DNA from: a virus
Lineage: Duplodnaviria; Caudoviricetes
Length of the DNA stretch: 64,000 bases
Reading direction: 5' to 3' (one strand)
Virus record (IMG/VR): IMGVR_UViG_3300032227_001172
Location: 1 to 64,000 of that record
Every line of letters starts with the position of its first letter. Position 1 is the first letter of the stretch. The position numbers and the translations under genes are program-made. Under the pieces are notes generated by a model. It did not search any database and had not been told where the DNA came from. It saw nothing but the letters and a program-made list of their open reading frames with translations. Positions 1 through 8,331 of this stretch are shown here, piece by piece.

Positions 1-1
1 A

Positions 2-208
2 GACGATATGGATGGCTCTACAGATGCACAGGATGCTCTACCAGACGAAGATATGAATCTGGATGGTCAGCAGACCAAGCTTTTAAAGACGGTCGTGGAG
101 TTCCTTAATCAAGTCTCAACGCCTCTTTACTTTAGTAACAATAGATTCCTTTCCAATGCTGCTAAAGACCTAGCTTCTCAAATTAGCGATAAGTTTTGTA
201 TCGGATAA
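2..208 (+). CDS. hypothetical protein, 5'-truncated by the window edge
   Basis: Frame is open from base 2 to TAA at 208; acidic N-terminal part. Confidence 0.55.
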   Translation, partial: DDMDGSTDAQDALPDEDMNLDGQQTKLLKTVVEFLNQVSTPLYFSNNRFLSNAAKDLASQISDKFCIG

Positions 209-232
209 ATCAGACCATAGCTAATACAGGCA

Positions 233-260
233 TTGCCCTCTGTTGGATATGGGGTATAAT
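233..260 (+). promoter_or_regulatory. sigma70-like promoter TTGCCC-N16-TATAAT
   Basis: Intergenic; upstream of AAGGAG RBS and ATG 305. Confidence 0.6.
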
Positions 261-304
261 CTTGATAGTCAGACTCATATAGTTATCCATTAAGGAGTAG
301 TCCT

Positions 305-724
305 ATGTCTAATAATAATGATGAACCATATAATGATAATGATAATTATAGTGATGACGACAAATATTATCCTCAGAATAATTCACACAAAAAATATTTC
401 AAGTTCGATGATAAGGCTTGGGAAATGTGGGGTAAGTGGCTGTACGATGCTATGAATGATATAGTAGAAAGTTCCAGCCATACATGGTATGTCTATGGTT
501 TTAAGCCAAAAAAGTTTCCTGTGAATGATTGGATGCCAGACACTATGGAGGATAAATACTTCATGTGTCTTGGCAACAATCAATACAATGAGCCAATTTG
601 GAAAACAAAATATTTAGTTAAAGATAAGCTTAATGTGTTTTATAAAAATCATATGATGTCACATGCTTCATATATCCTAAAAGAACCATTATTTTACAAG
701 AGCCTGTTCGATAACCTGAATTAA
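305..724 (+). CDS. hypothetical protein
   Basis: 139 aa ORF with good RBS (taaggag). Confidence 0.75.
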   Translation: MSNNNDEPYNDNDNYSDDDKYYPQNNSHKKYFKFDDKAWEMWGKWLYDAMNDIVESSSHTWYVYGFKPKKFPVNDWMPDTMEDKYFMCLGNNQYNEPIWKTKYLVKDKLNVFYKNHMMSHASYILKEPLFYKSLFDNLN

Positions 725-743
725 TCTTAAAGAAAGATTTACT

Positions 744-1157
744 ATGATATTAGAGATTCTCAATTTGGATAAACTAATTAATTTCAGTAGACGTTTGGTG
801 TTTTTTAATTTTGATGAACAAAATGCAGACGAAAGCGATGCTGATTTTATAGAGAAGGTTAATAATATCAAAGACACAGACAATACTGAATTAGATCTGA
901 TTTTGCCTTTTGATGAATGTAAAGCTATTTTCCAGGAATTAATTAAAAAGAAAATCAATAAAACCACAAAAAGCGTAAAATATTTGATGAAAGAATCAGA
1001 CTATGATAAAATATTAGTAATGCTTAACAATAGAATGGAATCGAATATTGTTAAAGGTTTAGTAAATAAAGGTATAGTTGAAATTGCTTTTGATAGTGAA
1101 AAAAACGATTTTGTATTTTGGATAAAAACTAATAATGAAAAATCAGAAACCGACTGA
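744..1157 (+). CDS. hypothetical protein
   Basis: 137 aa ORF in operon context. Confidence 0.75.
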   Translation: MILEILNLDKLINFSRRLVFFNFDEQNADESDADFIEKVNNIKDTDNTELDLILPFDECKAIFQELIKKKINKTTKSVKYLMKESDYDKILVMLNNRMESNIVKGLVNKGIVEIAFDSEKNDFVFWIKTNNEKSETD

Positions 1158-1518
1158 TATCGAAGCTAGTCTCAAATATATTTGTAATAAATGCGGAGCT
1201 TCTCACTGGCTATTTTTAAGAGAGACTAAAGCAGAAAATTTTAAGATTGTGTGTGAGTGTAATAATATTTTTATAGTATCACAAATTATTTCATTAAACA
1301 TTGAGTATAAAGATACTACTACCACTACTATAGAAAATTCTGAAGATTACGCTTTAGGTCAGTCTATTATCGATACATGTACGAAAACATTGTTGTCTTT
1401 AGGATATAATAAAACAGAAGCGATCACATTAATTAATGAAGCTTATATAAATACAAATACTAAAGATAGTACTACTTTAATTAAGAATATTTTACAAAAA
1501 CAACCAATTGGAGTTTAA
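1135..1518 (+). CDS. Zn-ribbon protein fused to a RuvA C-terminal (domain III)-like helical bundle
   Basis: CNKC...CEC Zn ribbon, T-rich linker, then TLLSLGYNKTEAITLI...STTLIKNILQ resembling RuvA domain III (ALxxLGY...LIRxAL); abuts ruvB. Confidence 0.7.
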   Translation: MKNQKPTDIEASLKYICNKCGASHWLFLRETKAENFKIVCECNNIFIVSQIISLNIEYKDTTTTTIENSEDYALGQSIIDTCTKTLLSLGYNKTEAITLINEAYINTNTKDSTTLIKNILQKQPIGV

Positions 1519-1519
1519 A

Positions 1520-2413
1520 ATGGGAAACATATCTCGTCCAGCTACATTCAATGATATTATTGGTCAAGATGAAGCGGTGCAAAGATTGAGGATAACGACT
1601 AGCGGATGTAAAAAAGACAGTCAGGCTATGCCTCATGTTTTAATAGATGGGCCTCCTGGTCTTGGTAAAACCACTCTTGCTAGTGCCATAGCAAATGAAA
1701 TGGATGTTAATTTATATACAGTTAATGCGGCTAATGTTAGAAGTGCTAAACATTTAATTCCATATTTGATGGGTATGGATGCTAGAGCAGTGCTATTTAT
1801 CGATGAGATCCATAGACTTCCAAAACTTGTAGAAGAATTTCTGTATCCTGTAATGGAAGATTTTAGGGTAGATCTTTTAATAGAGAATAAGCCAGAATCA
1901 ATTGATATTCCAGTGTTTACATTGGTGGGAGCTACTACTAGTGGTGGTAGTTTAAGTCAACCGTTTTATGATCGTTTTACTATTAAAGAACATCTTTCTT
2001 TTTATACCTTAGATGTACTAGCAAAACTAGCCAAGTTAAACGCCGAAAAGGTCGGACTAATGCTTAACGAAGAACAAGCATTGGAAATTGCAAAAAGAAG
2101 TAAGGGAACACCAAGAATTTTAAATGCTAGACTTCAATGGTATAAACATTACACGTCATTTGATACTGCTCAAAAAAATATCGATGATATATTTAATAGT
2201 CAAGGCATTGATCAAAACGGGTTCGACTCTAACGATATTAAATATCTAAATATTCTCAAAAAGAATAGAGGTAATCCTCTGGGTCTAAAGAGTCTATCTG
2301 GAATGACAGGTATTTCTATTGAGACCATAGAAAATAGTATAGAACCATATATGGTAAGAATGGGATATATAGTTAGAACTCAAAGAGGAAGAATTATTGG
2401 AACTATTCCATGA
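1520..2413 (+). CDS. ruvB: Holliday junction branch migration ATPase RuvB
   Basis: RPxxFxDIIGQ, Walker A GPPGLGKTT, Walker B FIDEIH, GATT, DRF Arg finger, GTPR sensor II, C-terminal EPYMVRMGYIVRTQRGR; start moved to ATG 1520 after GGAG. Confidence 0.95.
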   Translation: MGNISRPATFNDIIGQDEAVQRLRITTSGCKKDSQAMPHVLIDGPPGLGKTTLASAIANEMDVNLYTVNAANVRSAKHLIPYLMGMDARAVLFIDEIHRLPKLVEEFLYPVMEDFRVDLLIENKPESIDIPVFTLVGATTSGGSLSQPFYDRFTIKEHLSFYTLDVLAKLAKLNAEKVGLMLNEEQALEIAKRSKGTPRILNARLQWYKHYTSFDTAQKNIDDIFNSQGIDQNGFDSNDIKYLNILKKNRGNPLGLKSLSGMTGISIETIENSIEPYMVRMGYIVRTQRGRIIGTIP

Positions 2414-3020
2414 TACAGTTGTGTGTCTCAACATTCTTAGACATAAATAGCTCTTTAAGGTATTGCTGTTCTGCCGACGGATTATGAAATTGAGAACCTA
2501 TATTACCATTAAATCCAACAAAAGTAAATGAAGATAACGGATATCTTTCTTTCAGATGAATGTATAACCATAGTCCACTGCTTAAAGTTTTTTGTTTAGC
2601 CCAAGGCTTTACATTAAAGTTGAGTTTATGTACTAGATGAAAATGTTCTTGATTAAAAGATAGTCTATATGGATATAGTCTAGTATTATCAATATTTAGT
2701 TCTTTAATTCGATCTAAAAAAACCTGATATGGTTCGTCTTGATCGGGCAAAGCACCGAATTGTTCAAAATCATACTTCTGAAGTAGTGTCAGATCTCTAA
2801 AGATTAATGTTCTTTTTCGTATATTAGATGTATCTGATAATACTCTAAAAAAAATCCATTTCTTTGGAAACTCTATAACACTACTGAAACTCAAAGGTTC
2901 TGCTGTATTCAGTAAAATGTATACCGCATTGTTATAGTCTGGATGATGAAGTAAAAAATTATCTAAATCGCCATACTTATTTTTGAGCCGATTAGCAAAT
3001 ATAAAAAATCTTTGAGCCAT
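2403..3020 (-). CDS. GT29/Maf-like (sialyltransferase-fold) hypothetical protein
   Basis: LSSGLW...FTFVGF...FHNPSAEQQYL resembles the GT29-like S/VS motifs; start moved to ATG 3020. Confidence 0.45.
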   Translation of the reverse strand: MAQRFFIFANRLKNKYGDLDNFLLHHPDYNNAVYILLNTAEPLSFSSVIEFPKKWIFFRVLSDTSNIRKRTLIFRDLTLLQKYDFEQFGALPDQDEPYQVFLDRIKELNIDNTRLYPYRLSFNQEHFHLVHKLNFNVKPWAKQKTLSSGLWLYIHLKERYPLSSFTFVGFNGNIGSQFHNPSAEQQYLKELFMSKNVETHNCIME

Positions 3021-3021
3021 T

Positions 3022-3345
3022 TCATTCACGAATAATATCATCTAATTTTAATTCAGTATAATATATTTCTAGTAGCTGGCAAGGTTCTACGGCTAAGAAT
3101 TTGTGCCATTTTTTAGGTTCTATGGTTATAGAGTCACCGCTATGCAAAAAGATTTCTCTATAATCTTGATTATGTTCCCAGATTTTTACTATTAGAAAAC
3201 CAGATTCTAAAAAAAATAAATTATATTTGAATTCATGAAAGTGTTTGGAACTCATGCCACCTTTCATGATTTCAGCTCTGTAAATTTCTACATTTTTATC
3301 ATTAAAAATTAATGTAGTCTTACCCCAGGCTTTGTCTGTAGTCAT
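3022..3345 (-). CDS. cupin-domain protein (mannose-6-phosphate isomerase type II C-terminal-like)
   Basis: KAWG, SSKHFHEFKYNLF, GDSITIEPKKWHKF, LLEI; start at ATG 3345 after GGAG. Confidence 0.8.
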   Translation of the reverse strand: MTTDKAWGKTTLIFNDKNVEIYRAEIMKGGMSSKHFHEFKYNLFFLESGFLIVKIWEHNQDYREIFLHSGDSITIEPKKWHKFLAVEPCQLLEIYYTELKLDDIIRE

Positions 3346-3370
3346 AAAGTTGTCTCCATTTATTTTATAT

Positions 3371-3390
3371 ATACACATATAACAGTGTAT
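3371..3390. promoter_or_regulatory. back-to-back GTGTAT motifs (- strand 3376-3371, + strand 3385-3390); putative divergent phage promoters
   Basis: One copy points at each of the two divergent genes. Confidence 0.6.
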
Positions 3391-3415
3391 ACTATATTAT
3401 TAGGAGGGTAATTTT

Positions 3416-3772
3416 ATGAAATATTTTATGTTGATTTTATTAATATTATATTCTAACATTGGTATGGCTAAGCCTCCAATTTTTTTAGATTCTTATGAAG
3501 AAGCCAAGAGCGTTTCTAAGCAATTCGATCAGACAATGATATTAATGTTTAGTGCGGAGTGGTGTCAGTATTGTCAAAAATTTAAACATGATATATCAAA
3601 TAATATTGATCAATTTGAAGATATCACAATTTGCATTATAGATATAGAATCTAATGAAAAATTAGTTAAAGAATTTAAAGTTAAAAAAATTCCTACAATA
3701 ATTTTATTTGATAAAAAAGGTAAACAAAAAAAAGAAATCATAGGATACACAGATATTAAAGCATTAAAATAA
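3416..3772 (+). CDS. exported thioredoxin-family protein
   Basis: Signal-peptide-like N-terminus; FSAEWCQYC active-site motif; cis-Pro motif IPT. Confidence 0.85.
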   Translation: MKYFMLILLILYSNIGMAKPPIFLDSYEEAKSVSKQFDQTMILMFSAEWCQYCQKFKHDISNNIDQFEDITICIIDIESNEKLVKEFKVKKIPTIILFDKKGKQKKEIIGYTDIKALK

Positions 3773-3773
3773 T

Positions 3774-4103
3774 ATGGATCATTTAGCATTAATTCTAATA
3801 ATTCTTCTTATTCTTAGTCATATAATATCCATATCGCTTGGAATAGGTTTGGGGTATTTATTGTTTAGAAATCGTAGTCAAGATAATTTAGCGACCCCTT
3901 CGAGTTTTTTTAATTCTAAGCATGTAGATAATAATGTTAACGATTGTAAAAAACCTAAATTAGATATTGATGAAACCAAAATAGTATTAAACGTATCAAC
4001 AGATGGTATGGAAAAAAAATTTGATAATATGACACAGGAAATCAAAACACAAAACGATACAGTTAATTCTGTGAATAAACTAAAGCAAATGAAAGGCAAA
4101 TAA
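3774..4103 (+). CDS. single-pass membrane protein
   Basis: Long hydrophobic N-terminal helix followed by a polar tail ending VNKLKQMKGK; 2 nt upstream of the actin gene. Confidence 0.75.
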   Translation: MDHLALILIILLILSHIISISLGIGLGYLLFRNRSQDNLATPSSFFNSKHVDNNVNDCKKPKLDIDETKIVLNVSTDGMEKKFDNMTQEIKTQNDTVNSVNKLKQMKGK

Positions 4104-4105
4104 TT

Positions 4106-5107
4106 ATGATAGGATTAGACGTAGGTACGAGTTTTATAGTAGCGGCCTCTTATGACAAAGATAATATTGTATTTAAAGATTTTAGAGACGCTTTTTATAT
4201 AATAAAACCGAATACTCCAATAGCAGCAAAAATGGTTGAGAAAGGATTACAAGGAAAGGTATTTATTAAAGATTCAGATGGATCTTTTGTAATACTAGGA
4301 AAAGATGCTATAGAAAAAGCTGTTGAAAGAAATGAAACAGCTAGAAGGCCAATGTATCGTGGGGTTGTTTCTGTAAAAGAAAAAGAGGCAAAAAGAATAT
4401 TAGCTTATATTTTAAAAGAAGTAGTTGGACAAGCTAAAAAAAATAATACTAAATTAGTATTCTGTGTTCCAGCACAACCTGTTGATCAAGAAGATGATGA
4501 TTTTGATGTTGGTTATCATGAAGATGTAGTAAAAACAATTTTATCAGAAGTAGGATATGATGCTAGATCTATTAATGAAGCTGAAGCACTATGCTATGCA
4601 GAATTAGAAGAAACTGATTATACAGGGATTGGGATTAGTTGTGGTGCGGGAATGATGAATGTTTGTGTTATGCTAAATGGTGAGCCAACTGTTGTTTTTA
4701 GTACAACAAAGTCTGGGGATTGGGTAGATCGTATGAGTGCGGTTGCGACAGGAGAACCCGATAGCGTCGTACAGGTTGAGAAGGAGGGCGGTGGATTTAA
4801 AATAGGTGAGCCAAACGACAATCCCGTTTTAAGTGCCGTAGCGTCTTATTACGAGCGTCTGATAGAATATACAGCAAAACAATTGTCTCATGCTCTTTCA
4901 GATCACAAAGCATTACCTAAATTTAAAAATCCTATTAGGATTGTAGTAGCTGGTGGTACGTCACAAGCTAACGGCTATATAGATAAATTACATGAAAAAT
5001 TATTACAATCTAATTTTCCATTAATTATAGAACAAGTCAAGCACGCTTCTGATCCCCTACACTCAGTCGCTAAAGGCTGTTTAATAGCAGCAAATGTTAT
5101 TTCTTAA
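4106..5107 (+). CDS. actin-superfamily ATPase, volactin-like
   Basis: Phosphate-1 IGLDVGT, RRPM, connect-1 INEAEA, phosphate-2 GISCGAGMMNV, GDWVD, adenosine VVAGGTS, connect-2 SVAKG. Confidence 0.9.
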   Translation: MIGLDVGTSFIVAASYDKDNIVFKDFRDAFYIIKPNTPIAAKMVEKGLQGKVFIKDSDGSFVILGKDAIEKAVERNETARRPMYRGVVSVKEKEAKRILAYILKEVVGQAKKNNTKLVFCVPAQPVDQEDDDFDVGYHEDVVKTILSEVGYDARSINEAEALCYAELEETDYTGIGISCGAGMMNVCVMLNGEPTVVFSTTKSGDWVDRMSAVATGEPDSVVQVEKEGGGFKIGEPNDNPVLSAVASYYERLIEYTAKQLSHALSDHKALPKFKNPIRIVVAGGTSQANGYIDKLHEKLLQSNFPLIIEQVKHASDPLHSVAKGCLIAANVIS

Positions 5108-5116
5108 ACGATAGGG

Positions 5117-5122
5117 GTGTAT
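5117..5122 (+). promoter_or_regulatory. GTGTAT motif (putative phage late promoter)
   Basis: Intergenic copy of the recurrent motif. Confidence 0.55.
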
Positions 5123-5159
5123 ATCTATTCATCGCTTATCTTACTAGAAAATCAAAGAT

Positions 5160-5945
5160 ATGAAATATTTAATTTATTACTATATACTGCTTTTTTACAG
5201 TAGTCTGGTATATGGAGGAACAATCGATCCTAATGCATCAGATGCTGAACATATACAATATGGACAAAAATATATTGCAGTATTACCTATTGCTGGTAAA
5301 TTAATAGATGATCAACATCCCTTTTTTAAAGCATCTTGTGTCGTAATAGATGAATATAATATACTGACAGCAGCACATATAGTGCATAATTCATCAGATC
5401 AATATGTAATTTTTGATAATAAAGAATACCCATGTGCATTAATTGCTAGTCATATAAATTTTGATCATAAAAAATTTGGCCCTGATGATATTGCTTTAGG
5501 TAGATTAAAAAAACCAATTCTTTTAAAGACATATCCAGAACTATATACAGATAAAGATGAATTAGATAAGATTTGTGGAATGGCTGGATATGGTTTTACT
5601 GGTAGTTTTCGTACTGGTTATCAAAATTTTGATCATAAAAAACGTGGAGGATCTAATATCATAGAAATGATTCAAAACGACATGTTGGTTTTTTCAGTAA
5701 ATAAAGGAATTAAGACCCAGTTGGAATTTTTAATTGCTCCAGGAGATAGTGGTGGTGGTTTATTTATTAATCAAAAATTAGCAGGAATACATTCTCATAT
5801 ATATACAACAGATGGAAAAGCTGATTCAAATTATAATGACTCTGCTTGTTGTACTAGAATAAGTAGACATATACAATGGATTCATGATACTAAATCATTT
5901 TTAAAAAAAACTATAGAGGAAAAAAATGTTAAGAAGGGAATGTAA
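5160..5945 (+). CDS. trypsin-like (S1) serine protease, probably exported
   Basis: Triad motifs LTAAH, DDIAL, PGDSGGG; hydrophobic N-terminus. Confidence 0.9.
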   Translation: MKYLIYYYILLFYSSLVYGGTIDPNASDAEHIQYGQKYIAVLPIAGKLIDDQHPFFKASCVVIDEYNILTAAHIVHNSSDQYVIFDNKEYPCALIASHINFDHKKFGPDDIALGRLKKPILLKTYPELYTDKDELDKICGMAGYGFTGSFRTGYQNFDHKKRGGSNIIEMIQNDMLVFSVNKGIKTQLEFLIAPGDSGGGLFINQKLAGIHSHIYTTDGKADSNYNDSACCTRISRHIQWIHDTKSFLKKTIEEKNVKKGM

Positions 5946-6843
5946 GCTATTACCGCATATTCGTCAAGACTTATTTGGTTTAAGTACGCAATCTATGCAG
6001 TTTTTCCCTTGGCCTATTAAAAAATTTGATGTCGAAAAGACATGGTATCTTTCTGAAGGAGAAGATATAACTGTTGGTGTTATAGACACTGGATGTGACC
6101 TTAATCACGAAGACTTAAAAGATAATTTACTTTTAGGTAGAAATTTTGTAGAAAATAATAATGATCCACAGGACCGCAATGGGCATGGTACTCATGTTGC
6201 CGGAACAATTGCTGCTATAAATAATCAATATGGTATGGTTGGAGTAGCTCCAAAAACAAAAATTTTACCAGTAAAAGTTCTAGGAGATGATGGTGGAGGA
6301 TCCAATGCTTCTGTAGCAAATGGAATACTATGGGCAGTTGATAATGGCGCAAAAATTCTTACAATGTCTTTAGGTTCTCCGCATAAATCTAGAAACATAG
6401 AAAGAGCATTGCAATATGCTGTTGATCATAAAGTAACTATATTTTGTGCTGCAGGGAATAGCGGAAATAATGTTGATATAATGTATCCAGCTAAATATCC
6501 TGAAACTATAAGTATTGGAGCAATAGGACAAAATTTATCAGTATCAGATTTTAGTTGTTGCGGAGATAGTCTTGATTTTGTAGCTCCCGGAGAAGATATT
6601 ATCAGCGCAGTTCCCGGCAATAAGTATGCTAAAATGACGGGAACAAGTATGGCAACTCCATATGCTGTTGGATGCGCCTCGTTATTACTATCCCTAAGAA
6701 AAAAACAATTTAATAGCAAGCACCTAGAAGATAAAAATGGATATATCGATGAATTTAAAAAAGTATCAATCCCAATAACTGGTCGATATGCAAACGATAG
6801 GAATTACCAAGGAAATGGTATTATTCTACCTATTACTTCTTAA
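5926..6843 (+). CDS. subtilisin-like (S8) serine protease
   Basis: VIDTG, HGTHVAG, AAGNSG, GTSMATP. Confidence 0.95.
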   Translation: MLRRECKLLPHIRQDLFGLSTQSMQFFPWPIKKFDVEKTWYLSEGEDITVGVIDTGCDLNHEDLKDNLLLGRNFVENNNDPQDRNGHGTHVAGTIAAINNQYGMVGVAPKTKILPVKVLGDDGGGSNASVANGILWAVDNGAKILTMSLGSPHKSRNIERALQYAVDHKVTIFCAAGNSGNNVDIMYPAKYPETISIGAIGQNLSVSDFSCCGDSLDFVAPGEDIISAVPGNKYAKMTGTSMATPYAVGCASLLLSLRKKQFNSKHLEDKNGYIDEFKKVSIPITGRYANDRNYQGNGIILPITS

Positions 6844-6910
6844 CCCCTCTGTATAATATATATGTTTTCAAACACTCAAGTCAAGTTGTTATCATGGCTT
6901 ATTTCCTGTC

Positions 6911-6938
6911 TTGACACGATATGGTTTTGTGTTATGAT
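6911..6938 (+). promoter_or_regulatory. sigma70-like promoter TTGACA-N16-TATGAT
   Basis: Intergenic; start of a new operon. Confidence 0.65.
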
Positions 6939-6982
6939 AAGCCGTATGGATCGATTTCACGTTAATTGAAAATTAAATAACA

Positions 6983-7159
6983 ATGGAAAGAGATAGAAAA
7001 GAAAATAGGCGATACAGCTATAAGCAAAAATCTAAAAAGAATCCAAAAGATTTTGATTTTGAATTGAGAGATAAGACAAAAATAAAAAAAGCTTTTAAGC
7101 ATAAAAAAAGACATCTAGAAGAAGACTCTTGGGATAATTGGGAAGATGAAATACATTGA
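6983..7159 (+). CDS. small basic protein (58 aa), absent from the ORF track
   Basis: MERDRKENRRYSYKQK...EEDSWDNWEDEIH; fills the gap after the promoter and overlaps the next gene. Confidence 0.65.
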   Translation: MERDRKENRRYSYKQKSKKNPKDFDFELRDKTKIKKAFKHKKRHLEEDSWDNWEDEIH

Positions 7160-7406
7160 AGAATTGAAGCCTGGAGATATTTTTGTATGGAAACAACAAA
7201 GATATGTTTTATCTTCGGACTTTAGGCCATTTAAAAATAATACAACTAGACACATGTCGATATCTATTCAAAATGGTAGCTGTAAATGGTTTAAGTCAGA
7301 TGAAATTGTAGACATAGCTGAACTTTATTACAGGGATAAAGAAGGAAATATTCTACTAGTTAAGGAATATGAGAATAATGATACTCAAAATAATGACTTT
7401 TCTTAA
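7146..7406 (+). CDS. hypothetical small beta-rich protein
   Basis: 86 aa; ELKPGDIF start reminiscent of SH3/KOW-like folds. Confidence 0.65.
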   Translation: MKYIEELKPGDIFVWKQQRYVLSSDFRPFKNNTTRHMSISIQNGSCKWFKSDEIVDIAELYYRDKEGNILLVKEYENNDTQNNDFS

Positions 7407-7644
7407 ATCATTATTATTTCATATTTATGCTGGCGCTCCAAAAAGCACACAAACCGAAATCAATTATCGGTTTGGTATTTGCTCTGGAGGGTGCGATATG
7501 TATAATACTAATGACAGCACATGCATGTTGTGCGGGTGTAATGTTAATGCAAAAAAAATATTTATGAATAAATTGGCGTGGGCTGATCAAGAATGTCCAC
7601 AAAAAAAATGGCTTAAAATCAACAGAAAGATTAATAATGCATAA
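7369..7644 (+). CDS. Cys-rich DUF6171-like protein
   Basis: RxxICxxxC...CMLCGC...CPxxKW; paralogue of 63425..63877. Confidence 0.65.
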   Translation: MRIMILKIMTFLKSLLFHIYAGAPKSTQTEINYRFGICSGGCDMYNTNDSTCMLCGCNVNAKKIFMNKLAWADQECPQKKWLKINRKINNA

Positions 7645-8188
7645 TACAAAAATCCAGTCTAATAATCATACATTTTATACATTTGATAAAAGTGATATCT
7701 TTACTAATATTAGACAAAGAATCAAAGGCAAAGCTTCGGGTGCCACCGTAATAGTCCCACATGTTTGTAACAATATTGATTTATTTGGTGGAGGATTTGC
7801 GGCAGAAGTTGCTAAAGAATTCCCGATAGTCAAAGAGAATTTCCATTTATTAGGAAAACAGGCTAAGTTAGGTCAAGCACAACTGGTATCCGCCATGAAA
7901 GATGCGGAATATGGATATGAAATTATCTTTGCAAATATGATTGCACAAAATAATATCCGTAATACAAAAAATCCGAGACCACTGAATTATGCTGCATTGG
8001 TTTATGCTATGAATACAGTTAAATTATTTGTTCTCGAATATAGAAAACAACATGAAAATGCTAATGTTGAAATTCATTGCCCTAAGTTTGGTAGTGGTTT
8101 AGCTGGTGGAGATTGGAAGTTTATTACAGAACTAGTCAAAGATATTTGGTATCCTATTAACAAAAGTATTTTTGTATATTCACTATAA
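7637..8188 (+). CDS. macrodomain ADP-ribosylhydrolase (Poa1p/SCO6735-like)
   Basis: HVCNN..FGGGFA, ANMIAQ, IHCPKFGSGLAGGDW. Confidence 0.85.
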   Translation: MHNTKIQSNNHTFYTFDKSDIFTNIRQRIKGKASGATVIVPHVCNNIDLFGGGFAAEVAKEFPIVKENFHLLGKQAKLGQAQLVSAMKDAEYGYEIIFANMIAQNNIRNTKNPRPLNYAALVYAMNTVKLFVLEYRKQHENANVEIHCPKFGSGLAGGDWKFITELVKDIWYPINKSIFVYSL

Positions 8189-8205
8189 CTTGATAAGGGG
8201 TAATT

Positions 8206-8331
8206 ATGTATTGGATTTATTTATTTTGTATTTGTGCTGGTATTTATAGAGGCTTTACAAAAAATAATGTATCAGTTAAGAGATCTTCTAGTAATAATTT
8301 AGATATTTGTGAATGGCTATATTTAAAATGA
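8206..8331 (+). CDS. 41-aa hydrophobic microprotein, absent from the ORF track
   Basis: AAGGGG RBS; MYWIYLFCICAGIYRG...; stop overlaps the next start (ATGA). Confidence 0.6.
   Translation: MYWIYLFCICAGIYRGFTKNNVSVKRSSSNNLDICEWLYLK

Noticed and set aside
4106-5107. Evidence for a nucleus-forming (chimallin/PhuZ) phage
   Set aside because: The protein is actin-fold, not tubulin, and no chimallin or multisubunit RNAP gene was recognised in the window
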